NCBI GenBank assembly: GCA_001871475.1
Contig: MNVE01000016.1
Span: 197,343 to 261,342 of the forward strand
DNA: 64,000 bases
Direction: 5' to 3'
From: Candidatus Micrarchaeota archaeon CG1_02_47_40
GTDB taxonomy: Archaea > Micrarchaeota > Micrarchaeia > Anstonellales > CG1-02-47-40
The notes under the pieces were generated by a model. It had not been told where the DNA came from, did no database searches, and saw only the letters and a program-made list of their open reading frames with translations. Position 1 is the stretch's first letter; each line of letters starts with the position of its first letter. Both the position numbers and the translations under genes were made by a program. Below are positions 8,446 through 17,585 of the stretch, in pieces.

Positions 8446-9291
8446 ATGAGAATAGAGCTTGATGCTTCCAAGGATGCGAAAGAGAATGCCTCTGCCTATT
8501 TTGAAAAGGCGAAAAAGGCAAAGGAAAGGCTGAAGGGGGCAGAGGAAGCGCTCCTGCAGAGCAAAAAGGAGCTGGAAGCGCTTGAGAAGGAGGAAAAAAG
8601 CGAAGAGGGGAAAGAAAAGAAAGAGGAATACAAGATAAAGAGGAAGAAGGAATGGTACGAGCAGTTTCGTTTCTTCTTCACTCCTTCCGGGAAGCTGGTG
8701 ATTGGCGGAAGAAGCGCAAAGCAGAATGATTTGATTTATTCAAAATATCTTGAGGAGGATGACCTCTTTTTCCATGCGGACATACAGGGTGCGCCTGCGG
8801 TAATTTTGAAAGGGGGGAAGGGAAGCGGGACGGAAGAGGTGCAAGAAGGAACGGATGCGGGAGCGCGTGATGGAAGGGCAGGGGATGGGGCAAGTGATGA
8901 GGAGAAGATGCTAACAGCCCAGTTTGCCGCAAGCTATTCCTCTGCGTGGAAGGTGGGAGTGGCAGCAGTGGATGTTTATGCGGTGGGGAAAAAACAGCTC
9001 TCAAAGCACGCTTCAGGAGGATTTGTTGGGAAGGGGGGGTTTGCAATAGAGGGAGAGAGGGAATGGTTTAGGAAAACGCCCCTTGGAGTGAAGGTGTTTG
9101 TGCGGGAAGGAGCGCCTTTCGCAGTGCCGGAGAGAATGCAGGTGAAGGAGAAGGCGGTTTCCCTTGAGGTTGGGGGAAAGGATGAGAAGATGAAGGCGGC
9201 TAAAAAGATTGCAAAACTGCTCTCCTGTGAATTGGATGAGCTGATGCAGCTTCTTCCGTCGGGCGGAATGAGAGTGGTTTGGGGCGGCTGA
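8446..9291 (+). CDS. NFACT-R (DUF814) RNA-binding protein
   Basis: ENASAYFEKAKK coiled coil, WYEQFRFF, GGRSAKQND, FFHADIQGA. Confidence 0.88.
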   Translation: MRIELDASKDAKENASAYFEKAKKAKERLKGAEEALLQSKKELEALEKEEKSEEGKEKKEEYKIKRKKEWYEQFRFFFTPSGKLVIGGRSAKQNDLIYSKYLEEDDLFFHADIQGAPAVILKGGKGSGTEEVQEGTDAGARDGRAGDGASDEEKMLTAQFAASYSSAWKVGVAAVDVYAVGKKQLSKHASGGFVGKGGFAIEGEREWFRKTPLGVKVFVREGAPFAVPERMQVKEKAVSLEVGGKDEKMKAAKKIAKLLSCELDELMQLLPSGGMRVVWGG

Positions 9292-9297
9292 TGCGAA

Positions 9298-9840
9298 ATG
9301 GAAAGGAAGCAGATAGCCGAAGGAGTTTGGCAATTGCAAGAAGAGGGAACGCTTTGCACAAATGCTTATCTTCTTGAGAGCGGAGGGGGGAAGAGGTTGC
9401 TAGTGGATTCTGGATGCGGAAATCTGGATTTTGATTTCACGCCAGACATTTGCATACTTACACATGGGCATTTTGACCATACCGGGGGAGTTGAGAAAGA
9501 ATGGAAGAGAGTTTATCTGCATGTGAAGGAGTTTGGGTTTCAGGGAGCGTATATTCGCATACCGAAGAATGCAAAGAAGATTGATTTTGATGTTCTTTCG
9601 TTTCCCCCTTTTTCCCTTGAAATAATACACACACCAGGGCATACTCCGGGAAGCATCTGCATTTTTGAGAGGAAGAACGGGATTCTTTTTTCAGGGGATA
9701 CGAAATTTGCGGGTGAGGGAGTGGGGAGAACTGATTTAGGGGGAAGTGAAGAAGAAATAGAGGAGTCGCTTAAGAAAATTGAGGGAATACCCTACAAATT
9801 GCTCTGCCCTGGGCATAATGAATGCGAGGAGAGGGAGTAA
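9298..9840 (+). CDS. MBL-fold metallo-hydrolase
   Basis: THGHFDH, TPGHTPG, FSGD, PGH. Confidence 0.92.
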   Translation: MERKQIAEGVWQLQEEGTLCTNAYLLESGGGKRLLVDSGCGNLDFDFTPDICILTHGHFDHTGGVEKEWKRVYLHVKEFGFQGAYIRIPKNAKKIDFDVLSFPPFSLEIIHTPGHTPGSICIFERKNGILFSGDTKFAGEGVGRTDLGGSEEEIEESLKKIEGIPYKLLCPGHNECEERE

Positions 9841-9843
9841 GGA

Positions 9844-10458
9844 ATGCAAAAAGAATACGGAAAACTGAAAGGGAAAATAGAAAAAAGGCTGAAGGAGTTT
9901 AGAGGGATTGGAAGGAGAGGAGGGAAACGCCTCTTCCCCGAACTCTGCTTCTGCCTGCTTACTCCTCAATCAAGCGCGAGAAAGTGCGATAAGGCTGTTA
10001 GGGGGATTGGCGTTTCGGGTTTGCACTTTGCTTCTGCAAAAAAAATTGCTCTTGTTCTGAAAGAATGCGGGGTGCGGTTTCACAATAATAAGGCAGGGTA
10101 TATCATTTGTGCAAGAGGGACTGATGTCGGCGGAGTAATCGCACTTGCGAGAAAGGATGCGAAGAAGGCGCGCGAGGTTTTGGTAAAAAACGTGAAGGGA
10201 TTGGGGTATAAGGAAGCCTCGCACTTTTTGAGAAATATTGGGTTTGGGGAGAATCTTGCAATACTGGATAGGCATATTTTGAGAAATATGAAAAGAGAAG
10301 GGGTAATAAGCGGGAAAGAGGCGGAGAAAGTTGCAGGGAGAAAGAAGTATCTTGAGCTGGAGAAAAAATTCATTGCGCTTGCAGGAAAAAAGAAAATCCC
10401 GCCTTCGCACCTTGATTTGCTCTTTTGGGCAAGGGAAACAGGGGAAATTTTCAAATAG
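9844..10458 (+). CDS. ogg: 8-oxoguanine DNA glycosylase/AP lyase (Ogg2 type)
   Basis: VKGLGYKEASHFLRN HhH, AILDRHI, C-terminal TGEIFK. Confidence 0.92.
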   Translation: MQKEYGKLKGKIEKRLKEFRGIGRRGGKRLFPELCFCLLTPQSSARKCDKAVRGIGVSGLHFASAKKIALVLKECGVRFHNNKAGYIICARGTDVGGVIALARKDAKKAREVLVKNVKGLGYKEASHFLRNIGFGENLAILDRHILRNMKREGVISGKEAEKVAGRKKYLELEKKFIALAGKKKIPPSHLDLLFWARETGEIFK

Positions 10459-10505
10459 GGGAGCGGAATTCCACCCTACAGCGTTGCAGAAAAGTTCTGC
10501 AACAC

Positions 10506-10571
10506 TTATTGCAAACCAGAAGACGTAGGAGGGTGAGAACTTAGTTGCATTACTTTTCTGGTTTGCAATAA
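10506..10571. repeat. Perfect 16-bp inverted repeat with 34-nt spacer
   Basis: TTATTGCAAACCAGAA (10506-10521) / TTCTGGTTTGCAATAA (10556-10571). Confidence 0.9.
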
Positions 10572-10608
10572 TTTGCTTTATAAACTGCTTTTTGCATAAG
10601 TGTTTTCT

Positions 10609-10821
10609 ATGGGAAGAGAGGAGGGGTTAGAGAAAGACTCGCTGGACAAACGGAAGTTTGCCTTGGAGTTTGAGAATACCCTCTTAAAAGCAAAGGCGCG
10701 GGCATATTCAAAAGTTTCGTTGGAACGACCCCTAACCGATTCCCAGCATAAGGATTATGCGGATACTGTAAAAAAACTGCTTGGAAAAGATAAAACGAGG
10801 AATGTTATCAAAACTTTTTAG
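10609..10821 (+). CDS. Hypothetical small protein
   Basis: TTTATAAA about 25 nt upstream of the ATG; charged helical sequence. Confidence 0.55.
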   Translation: MGREEGLEKDSLDKRKFALEFENTLLKAKARAYSKVSLERPLTDSQHKDYADTVKKLLGKDKTRNVIKTF

Positions 10822-10830
10822 AGGGGGATT

Positions 10831-11790
10831 ATGATTCTTCTAACAGGCGCAACCGGTCGGCTTGGGGGGGCGGTTTTGGAGAAGCTGGTTAAAGGAAAGA
10901 AGAAGGTAAGGGTTCTGGTGCGGGATAAGGAAAAGATGGGGGGCTTAGCTAAGGGAGTTGAAATTGCAGAAGGAGATATTTGCAAGATGGAAAGTTTGAA
11001 GGGGGCATTTGAAGGCGTTGATTCCGTAATACACTGCGCCGGCAGCGTGAATTTTGCAGATGAAGAGGAAATGATGAGAATTAATGCAGAAGGAACAGGA
11101 AATGTGTTGCAGGCGTGCGCGGAAAGCGGCGCGAAAATAAAGCGTTTCATCCACTGCTCTTCTATTACCGTCTATGGGAAAAATATTGAAGGAAGGGAAA
11201 TTGGCGAGGAAGAACCTGCTCATCCTGACAGCATATACGCAAAAAGCAAGTATGAAGCGGAAGAGGAGTGTAAAAAATTTGCCGAGAAGTTTCCGATAAC
11301 GATTCTGCGCTTGGGAGTCATTTACGGAAAGGGGTTTGAAGCAGGGTATGGGGAAGTGCTGGAGAGAATAAGGAAGGGGGAGATGAAGGTAATTGGCAGG
11401 GGAGATAATGTCGTTCCCCTTGTGCATGTGGAAGATGCTGCGGATGCGATTGTAAAGGCGCTTGAAGGAAAGGAAAGGAAGGAGAAAAAAGGGAAAGAAG
11501 CAGGGGGAGGCGGGTGCAGGATTTACAATATTGTCGGAGAAAAGAAAACGCAACGCGAATTATATGAAATTTCTGCAGAAGCATTGGGAGTAAGCGCGCC
11601 AAGGGGAAGCGTTAGCGTATTTTTAGCAAGGATGATAGCAAATCTTTCGGGAAAGAGGGAGCTTTTAGAATACATGAACATTCTTTCTTCGGACAGGCAA
11701 TTCTCTGTAAAGAAGGCAGAAGAAGAACTGAAATGGAAGGCGAAAATAGGGCTTGGGAAAGGGATAAAAGGGGTTGTTGAGCACTTATAA
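10831..11790 (+). CDS. NAD-dependent epimerase/dehydratase
   Basis: TGATGRLG, YAKSK. Confidence 0.92.
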   Translation: MILLTGATGRLGGAVLEKLVKGKKKVRVLVRDKEKMGGLAKGVEIAEGDICKMESLKGAFEGVDSVIHCAGSVNFADEEEMMRINAEGTGNVLQACAESGAKIKRFIHCSSITVYGKNIEGREIGEEEPAHPDSIYAKSKYEAEEECKKFAEKFPITILRLGVIYGKGFEAGYGEVLERIRKGEMKVIGRGDNVVPLVHVEDAADAIVKALEGKERKEKKGKEAGGGGCRIYNIVGEKKTQRELYEISAEALGVSAPRGSVSVFLARMIANLSGKRELLEYMNILSSDRQFSVKKAEEELKWKAKIGLGKGIKGVVEHL

Positions 11791-11806
11791 GGAGAAGGTG
11801 ATTTTC

Positions 11807-12583
11807 ATGAAAGTTGAGCAGTATATTCACGAGAGAATTGCAAAGCAGGGAGCTATGCTCTTTTGCTTGATTGACCCGCTGGATTATCCTTCTTTAGAAG
11901 AGGCAATAAAGGCGGGAGTTGCTTCTGCAAAAGGAGGAGCAGATATAATTCTGGTCGGGGGAAGCATGGGGGTGCAGGGAGAGGCGCTGGATAAGGTGGT
12001 GAAGGGAATTAAGGAGAAAATCTCCGTTCCTTTAGTGCTTTTTCCCGGAAATATCACTACTTTCTCAAAATATGCGGATGGAGTTTATTTCATGTCAATG
12101 CTGAATTCAAGGAATCCGTATTGGATTACTGGAGCGCAGACTTTGGCAGCAGGAGAGGTTGCAAAGAGCAAGGTGGAGGCATTGCCTGTTGGTTATATTG
12201 TAGTGGAGCCTGGAGGAACCGTCGGCTGGGTTGGGGATGCGAAATTAATCCCAAGAGGAAAGCCCAAAGTGGCTGCTGCGCTTGCGCTTGCAGGGCAGTG
12301 CATGGGATTTAGGATGATACTCACGGATGCTGGAAGCGCGCCAAAGGAAGGGCATATTCCCGAAGAGATGGTAAGGGCGGTCGCGGGAGTGCTGAAGGTG
12401 CCTTATATTGTAGGGGGAGGAGTTAGAACACCGGAGCAGGCAAGAAGAGTGATTGCCGCAGGAGCGGATGCAATACAGGTGGGAACTGCGCTTGAAGAGA
12501 AGGGAGGAGTAGAAGAGAAAGTGAAGGAACTAAAAAAAGCGGTGCTGGAAGGGGCGAAGGAGAGAAAATTTAAGAAATGTTAG
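11807..12583 (+). CDS. Geranylgeranylglyceryl phosphate synthase
   Basis: LIDP, ILVGGS, LFPG, SMLNSRNPYWI, GYIVVEPG, VGGGVR. Confidence 0.92.
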   Translation: MKVEQYIHERIAKQGAMLFCLIDPLDYPSLEEAIKAGVASAKGGADIILVGGSMGVQGEALDKVVKGIKEKISVPLVLFPGNITTFSKYADGVYFMSMLNSRNPYWITGAQTLAAGEVAKSKVEALPVGYIVVEPGGTVGWVGDAKLIPRGKPKVAAALALAGQCMGFRMILTDAGSAPKEGHIPEEMVRAVAGVLKVPYIVGGGVRTPEQARRVIAAGADAIQVGTALEEKGGVEEKVKELKKAVLEGAKERKFKKC

Positions 12584-12623
12584 AATGAACGCAACTTATA
12601 CTATTTTATAATTATCGTTCATT
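12584..12623 (+). promoter_or_regulatory. Inverted-repeat operator over the AbiE promoter
   Basis: AATGAACG...TTATA / TATAA...CGTTCATT spanning the TATA box. Confidence 0.6.
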
Positions 12624-12631
12624 ATATATCC

Positions 12632-13276
12632 ATGGAAATCCCCCTGCAGAACAGATTGAAGAAGAAAGCGCACGTAGAGTTGGCTAGTTTGCAGGATGAG
12701 GCGGTTGAGATTATTTACTCTCTTTTTCCCAAAATAGTCTTTCATGGAGGAACCTGCATCTGGCGCTGTTATGGGGGAAACCGCTTTTCGGAGGATTTGG
12801 ATTTTTATCTTGCGGGTGAGAATTTTGAGGAAGGAAGCTTAAGGCAGGCGCTTGAGGGAAGGGGGCTTTCGCTTGTAAAATTCAAAAAGACGGCAAATCT
12901 TATTTTCGCAAAAATTTCCTCCCCTGAAGCGCAAATAAGGCTTGAGATAAACCTTTCGACAAAAAAAGAGGGACTGCTGCGCCCCTATGAAAAGGCTGGC
13001 GGCGCCGTTATGGAAGTGCTGTGCCTGCCTGCGGAAGAGCTGCTGATGGAAAAATTGTCCGCATATGAAAACAGAAGGCTCGTGCGGGATTTGTATGATG
13101 TGTGCCATTTGAGCAGGATTGCGAATGTGCACGAGAAGGAAGCGGGAAAAATAAAGAAATTCCTGCAGAATCCGCCAAAACCGATTGATGAAAAAAATCT
13201 GAAGGCGATTGTGTATATGGGAGCGGTTCCGACTTATGAACAGATGCTTGAAATGCTGCGAGGCAGATTTGCATGA
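12632..13276 (+). CDS. AbiEii nucleotidyltransferase toxin (type IV TA)
   Basis: FHGGT, RFSEDLDF, EKL...R...RDLYD. Confidence 0.92.
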   Translation: MEIPLQNRLKKKAHVELASLQDEAVEIIYSLFPKIVFHGGTCIWRCYGGNRFSEDLDFYLAGENFEEGSLRQALEGRGLSLVKFKKTANLIFAKISSPEAQIRLEINLSTKKEGLLRPYEKAGGAVMEVLCLPAEELLMEKLSAYENRRLVRDLYDVCHLSRIANVHEKEAGKIKKFLQNPPKPIDEKNLKAIVYMGAVPTYEQMLEMLRGRFA

Positions 13277-13866
13277 AATACCTAAAGGAATTCAGGGAAA
13301 GGTTTGCAAAAAGGGAAGTATTCACGTCGCGGGATGTAAAGATGTATCTTGGGGAAATGGGGGCATCGGATGAGTATGTAAATCTGCTTCTGCACAATTT
13401 GGTGAAAAGAGGGGAGATAAAGAGGATAAAGAAGGGCGCATACACTTTTTCGGATGAGATAACTTGTGTGGGGTTCGCGTATTCTCCTTTTTATTACGGA
13501 TTGCAGGACGCGCTTTCGGTGCATAATTTATGGGAGCAGGAAGCAAATCCGATAGTGATTACTCCAAGGAGAGTCAGGCAGGGGATGCGCTCTTTTGAGG
13601 GAAGGAATTATCTGGTTAGGAGAATTGAAAGAAAGATGTTTTTCGGATTTGGGCAGAAAAAATGTTCGGGAAGGTTTCTGCCGGTTTCGGATATGGAGAA
13701 AACTTTGATTGATTTTTTTTATTTCAGGGAGAGGCTGTCCGGGGAAGTGGTGAAGGAGATGAAGGGGAAGGTGAAGAGGAAGGTGCTTGAGGAGTATTTG
13801 AAGAGATGCCCGAAAAGGATTGCGGGAATTGTTAAAAATGCACTGCGCCATAAGGCAGTTGAATAG
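13273..13866 (+). CDS. AbiEi-type antitoxin
   Basis: N-terminal wHTH (LVKRGEIKRIKKGAY), YYGLQDAL, SDMEKTLIDF; ATGA overlap with the toxin. Confidence 0.88.
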   Translation: MKYLKEFRERFAKREVFTSRDVKMYLGEMGASDEYVNLLLHNLVKRGEIKRIKKGAYTFSDEITCVGFAYSPFYYGLQDALSVHNLWEQEANPIVITPRRVRQGMRSFEGRNYLVRRIERKMFFGFGQKKCSGRFLPVSDMEKTLIDFFYFRERLSGEVVKEMKGKVKRKVLEEYLKRCPKRIAGIVKNALRHKAVE

Positions 13867-13872
13867 GAGGTT

Positions 13873-15477
13873 TTGCCTATGCCAAAAACGGAAAAAGATA
13901 TTTTTGTCTGCGACACTTCAGTAGTGGTGGATGGAAGGGTAGTTGAGCTTGTTAGGGAAGGGAAAGTGAAGGGAGTAGTAGTAATACCGAATGCTGTTCT
14001 TGCGGAGCTGGAGCATCAGGCAAATGCGGGAAAAGAAACCGGGTTTGCGGGATTGGGGGTTTTGCAGAAATTAAAGGAAATGCAAAAAGAGTTTGAGATA
14101 GAAATACAGATGAGGGGCAGCAGACCGTCTCCCTCGCAGATAGAGTATGCGAAAAGAGGGGAAATTGATGCGGAAATAAGAGGGATGGCTGCACTGCTTG
14201 GGGCAACGCTTATTACAGGGGATACGGTGCAGAAAGAAGTGGCGCTTGTGGAGGGGGTGAAAACACTCTACCTTCACACGCACGAGGTAGCAAAGGATTT
14301 GAGCTTCAAGAAGTATTTCGCTGAAGGGACGATGTCGGTGCATTTGAGGGCAGGCGCGATTCCGATGGCGAAAATAGGAAAGCCGGGAGCTGTGAAGCTT
14401 GTTCCCTGCGGGGAGGGAAAGCTGACTACTGATGATGTAAAGAAGATGGCAACGGAAATAGTGGAGGCAACGGAGAGGAATAAGGAGTATTATTTTGAAA
14501 TAGACAGGAGGGGAGCGGCAGTCATACAGATGGGAAGGTATAGGATAGTGATTACAAAGCCTCCTTTCTCTGATGGGTTTGAAATAACTTTAGTAAGACC
14601 AGTAATGAGCAGGAAAATTGAAGAGTATAAGATGAGTGAGAAACTAAAGGAAAGGCTTTCAAAACAGGCGGAGGGAGTTATAGTGTGCGGCCCGCCCGGA
14701 AGCGGAAAAAGCACCTTTGCGGCTGCGCTTGCGAATTATTACTCCTCCTTGGGAAAGATAGTGAAGACAATGGAATCGCCAAGGGATTTGCAGGTAGGGG
14801 ATGAGATTACGCAGTATGCTCCGCTGGAAGGGAAATTCGAGCTTACAAATGACATAATGCTGCTGGTGCGCCCTGACTATTCCATATATGATGAGATGAG
14901 AAAAACGGATGATTTTGAAGTGTATGCGGATATGAGGATGGCTGGCATTGGATTGGTGGGGGTGTTGCACGCAAACCGCACGATAGATGCTGTGCAGCGC
15001 TTCATAAACCGCATTGACTTGGGAGTGATTCCGCAGGTAGTTGATACGATAATAATGATTAGAGGAGGGGAAGTGGCGCAGGTGTATTCAATGAACTTCA
15101 AGGTGAAGGTGCCAACTGGAATGGTGGAAGAAGATTTGGCGCGCCCTGTAATTGAGGTAAAGGAGTTTGAAACCGGAAAGCTGGAGTATGAAATTTACAA
15201 ATTCGGGGAGGAAACGGTTGTTTTGCCTATTTCGGAGGAGATGGAGAAGGCAAGCGCGCGCGCTTCAGAGCCAATTGATGAGGAGGCAGCTGCGCAAAGG
15301 ATAGAGAAGGCGCTTGGAAGGATTGTAAAGCACGGGTATGAGCTTGAGTTTAGGGGAAGAAAGGCAGTCATACACGTGCACAAGAAGGATATACCAAAAA
15401 TTATCGGGAGAGGCGGAGAGAATATCTCGCGCATTGAAAAGGAAGTAGGAGTAAAAATTGACGTGAAGGAGATATGA
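13873..15477 (+). CDS. PIN-domain ATPase with KH domain (PINA family)
   Basis: DTSVVVDG PIN, GPPGSGKST, YDEMR, C-terminal KH IIGRGG. Confidence 0.92.
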   Translation: MPMPKTEKDIFVCDTSVVVDGRVVELVREGKVKGVVVIPNAVLAELEHQANAGKETGFAGLGVLQKLKEMQKEFEIEIQMRGSRPSPSQIEYAKRGEIDAEIRGMAALLGATLITGDTVQKEVALVEGVKTLYLHTHEVAKDLSFKKYFAEGTMSVHLRAGAIPMAKIGKPGAVKLVPCGEGKLTTDDVKKMATEIVEATERNKEYYFEIDRRGAAVIQMGRYRIVITKPPFSDGFEITLVRPVMSRKIEEYKMSEKLKERLSKQAEGVIVCGPPGSGKSTFAAALANYYSSLGKIVKTMESPRDLQVGDEITQYAPLEGKFELTNDIMLLVRPDYSIYDEMRKTDDFEVYADMRMAGIGLVGVLHANRTIDAVQRFINRIDLGVIPQVVDTIIMIRGGEVAQVYSMNFKVKVPTGMVEEDLARPVIEVKEFETGKLEYEIYKFGEETVVLPISEEMEKASARASEPIDEEAAAQRIEKALGRIVKHGYELEFRGRKAVIHVHKKDIPKIIGRGGENISRIEKEVGVKIDVKEI

Positions 15478-16070
15478 TAATCAACCTCCGGTCTGATTTT
15501 GAGGATGCTTTTCTTTCCGCAAAGAAAGCGCTTAAGGCAGGGAAGCTGATTATTTACCCTACGGATACGGTTTATGGGATTGGGTGCGATGCTACAAACA
15601 ATGAGGCAGTTGGAAAGGTTTATGAAGCAAAAGGAAGGGGCGAAGATTCTCCACTCTCCGTTGTGATGGCGGATTTGAAAATGATAGGGGAGTATTGCGA
15701 AGTGAGGCAGGTGGATGAAGTGTATATGCACGAGCATCTGCCGGGCCCTTATACTTTCATACTCAAGTGCAAAGAAGGAAAGGAATTGCCCGTATCGCGC
15801 AACGGGAAGATTGGCGTAAGGGTGCCTGACCATTTCTTCTGCATTACCTTGAGCAGGCAGTTGAAAGTGCCTATTGTTTCCACAAGCGCGAATTTGAGCG
15901 GGAAGCCCCCACCTACTTGTGTTGAGGAGATTGACAAGAAAATTGCAGACGCAGTCTCCCTTATTCTGGATGGGGGAAAATGCAAGCACTCAAAGCCCTC
16001 CACTGTTGTTGATTTGGTGGAGAGCAAAATTTTGAGAGCGGGAGCGGAAGGGGGAAGGAATCCTTTTTGA
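15474..16070 (+). CDS. sua5: Threonylcarbamoyl-AMP synthase (YrdC/Sua5)
   Basis: YPTDTVYG, KGR, PGPYT, STSANLSG, STVVD. Confidence 0.92.
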   Translation: MIINLRSDFEDAFLSAKKALKAGKLIIYPTDTVYGIGCDATNNEAVGKVYEAKGRGEDSPLSVVMADLKMIGEYCEVRQVDEVYMHEHLPGPYTFILKCKEGKELPVSRNGKIGVRVPDHFFCITLSRQLKVPIVSTSANLSGKPPPTCVEEIDKKIADAVSLILDGGKCKHSKPSTVVDLVESKILRAGAEGGRNPF

Positions 16071-16082
16071 ATCGGTATTTTT

Positions 16083-16214
16083 ATGCCCGTTTATTTTGAG
16101 GCGTATGGCGAGGTTTTATTTGGAACGCGTATGAAATGCCCGTTTATTTTGAGCGGAGTTTAGTTTGAATGGAATTTATTTTGAGGCGGATTTGATATGG
16201 CTGTTTATTTTGAG
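16083..16214 (+). repeat. Degenerate tandem copies of the first codons of hemK (ATG-N3/4-TTTATTTTGAG)
   Basis: Copies at 16083, 16105, 16136, 16169 and the real start at 16197. Confidence 0.8.
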
Positions 16215-16853
16215 TCGCTGGAGTTTGAACTTTTGGCGCCAAACGCCAAAATTCAAATTTTGACGCCCAAGCGTCAAAAGTTTGAAGTCTTTGAGGATGT
16301 TTACCCTCCTTCTGAAGAGAGCTTTCTTCTTGCGAAGTATGCAAGAAAGCTGAAGGGGAAAATATTGGAAATTGGATGCGGGTGCGGATTTCTTTCTGTA
16401 ATAAATGCGCAGGAGAATAGGGAGAATGAAGTGATTGGAGTGGATGTGAATGAAGAGGCGGTGAGAAATGCTAAAGAAAATGCGAAAAGGAACGGAGTAA
16501 AGAATTGCGTATTCGTTGAGGGAAATCTGTTCAGGGGAATAAATGGAAAGTTTGATTGGATTATTTCAAACCCGCCTTACCTGCCTACTGCAAAGAATGA
16601 AAAACTGCACGGGAAGATAAATCTTGCGTTTGACGGGGGGAAGGATGGAAGGAAGGTTATTGACCGGCTGGTGCAAGAGGCAGGGGAACATCTGAAAGAA
16701 GAAGGAGGACTGTTGCTCCTTGACTCTTCACTTGATGATACTAATAAAACGGTTAAAATGCTCAAAGAAGAAGGGTTTGCAGTTGAAGTCTTGGAAAAGG
16801 AAAGGCATTTCTTTGAGGAATTAAGCGTATTGAAAGCGGTGAAGGTTTTATGA
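16197..16853 (+). CDS. HemK2/PrmC-family methyltransferase with a 19-aa insertion
   Basis: VYPPSEES, LEIGCGCG, SNPPY, GGKDGR. Confidence 0.9.
   Translation: MAVYFESLEFELLAPNAKIQILTPKRQKFEVFEDVYPPSEESFLLAKYARKLKGKILEIGCGCGFLSVINAQENRENEVIGVDVNEEAVRNAKENAKRNGVKNCVFVEGNLFRGINGKFDWIISNPPYLPTAKNEKLHGKINLAFDGGKDGRKVIDRLVQEAGEHLKEEGGLLLLDSSLDDTNKTVKMLKEEGFAVEVLEKERHFFEELSVLKAVKVL
16222..16286. repeat. 57-bp in-frame double-hairpin insertion flanked by the direct repeat AGTTTGAA
   Basis: TTTTGGCG/CGCCAAAA and TTTTGACG/CGTCAAAA hairpins; AGTTTGAA at 16222 and 16279. Confidence 0.8.
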
Positions 16854-17533
16854 AAGCAAAAAGCGTTAGGATTGTTTTGGTTGAGCCCGAATATGAAATA
16901 AATTTAGGGCATTGCGCCCGCGCGATAGCTAATTTTGGCTTTAGCGAGCTGTATTTGGTGAATCCGCAGTGCAACCATCTGGGTTTTGAGGCGAAGAAGT
17001 ATTCCAAACATGCCCTTGAGATACTGGAGAAGGCGAAAGTTGTGAAAAGCCTGAAAGGGGCGGTGAAGGGCTGTTCTCTTGTAATCGGCACGAGCGGCAT
17101 TCTCAACAGACACAAGGGAACGGTAAGGAACCCTATTTCGTCTAAAGAGATTGGAAAGGCAGTTGGAAAGGGAAGGATTGCAATTCTCTTTGGAAGGGAA
17201 GGCATAGGCTTAAGGGAAAAGGAGATAGATGCGTGCGATTTGCTGGTGCATATTCCAACGCACCGCACTTATTCTGTTATGAATATTTCGCATGCGCTTG
17301 CAATAATGCTTTATGAAATTTCCGCGCTGAAACTGCAGGATGGAAAGGAATTTGCGAATGAGAGGGAGAGAAAAACTGCAATAAAGTATTTTACTGAATT
17401 GGCAAAAAAGGCGGGAATGAGAAATCCCAGAAAAACTTCCACTGCATTCAAAAGACTGCTTGGGAGGGCAAACCCCACGAAATTGGAGATAAACTGCGTT
17501 TTGGGGGTTTTGAGAAGGATAGCCGAGGCATGA
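16850..17533 (+). CDS. trmJ: TrmJ/TrmH SPOUT RNA methyltransferase
   Basis: NLGHCARAIANFG, FGREGIGL, MNISHA. Confidence 0.88.
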   Translation: MKAKSVRIVLVEPEYEINLGHCARAIANFGFSELYLVNPQCNHLGFEAKKYSKHALEILEKAKVVKSLKGAVKGCSLVIGTSGILNRHKGTVRNPISSKEIGKAVGKGRIAILFGREGIGLREKEIDACDLLVHIPTHRTYSVMNISHALAIMLYEISALKLQDGKEFANERERKTAIKYFTELAKKAGMRNPRKTSTAFKRLLGRANPTKLEINCVLGVLRRIAEA

Positions 17534-17585
17534 AAGAAAGGTTTATATTCTTTTAATACCAAAAAAGCATGAAAAAGGTATTAAT

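Noticed and set aside
15647-15659. TnpB guide target inside sua5
   Set aside because: 13-nt match covers only the distal guide, not the seed; compatible with chance
16083-16214. CRISPR array (also considered for 37521-37602)
   Set aside because: Repeats are short and degenerate with irregular or no spacers, and there are no cas genes
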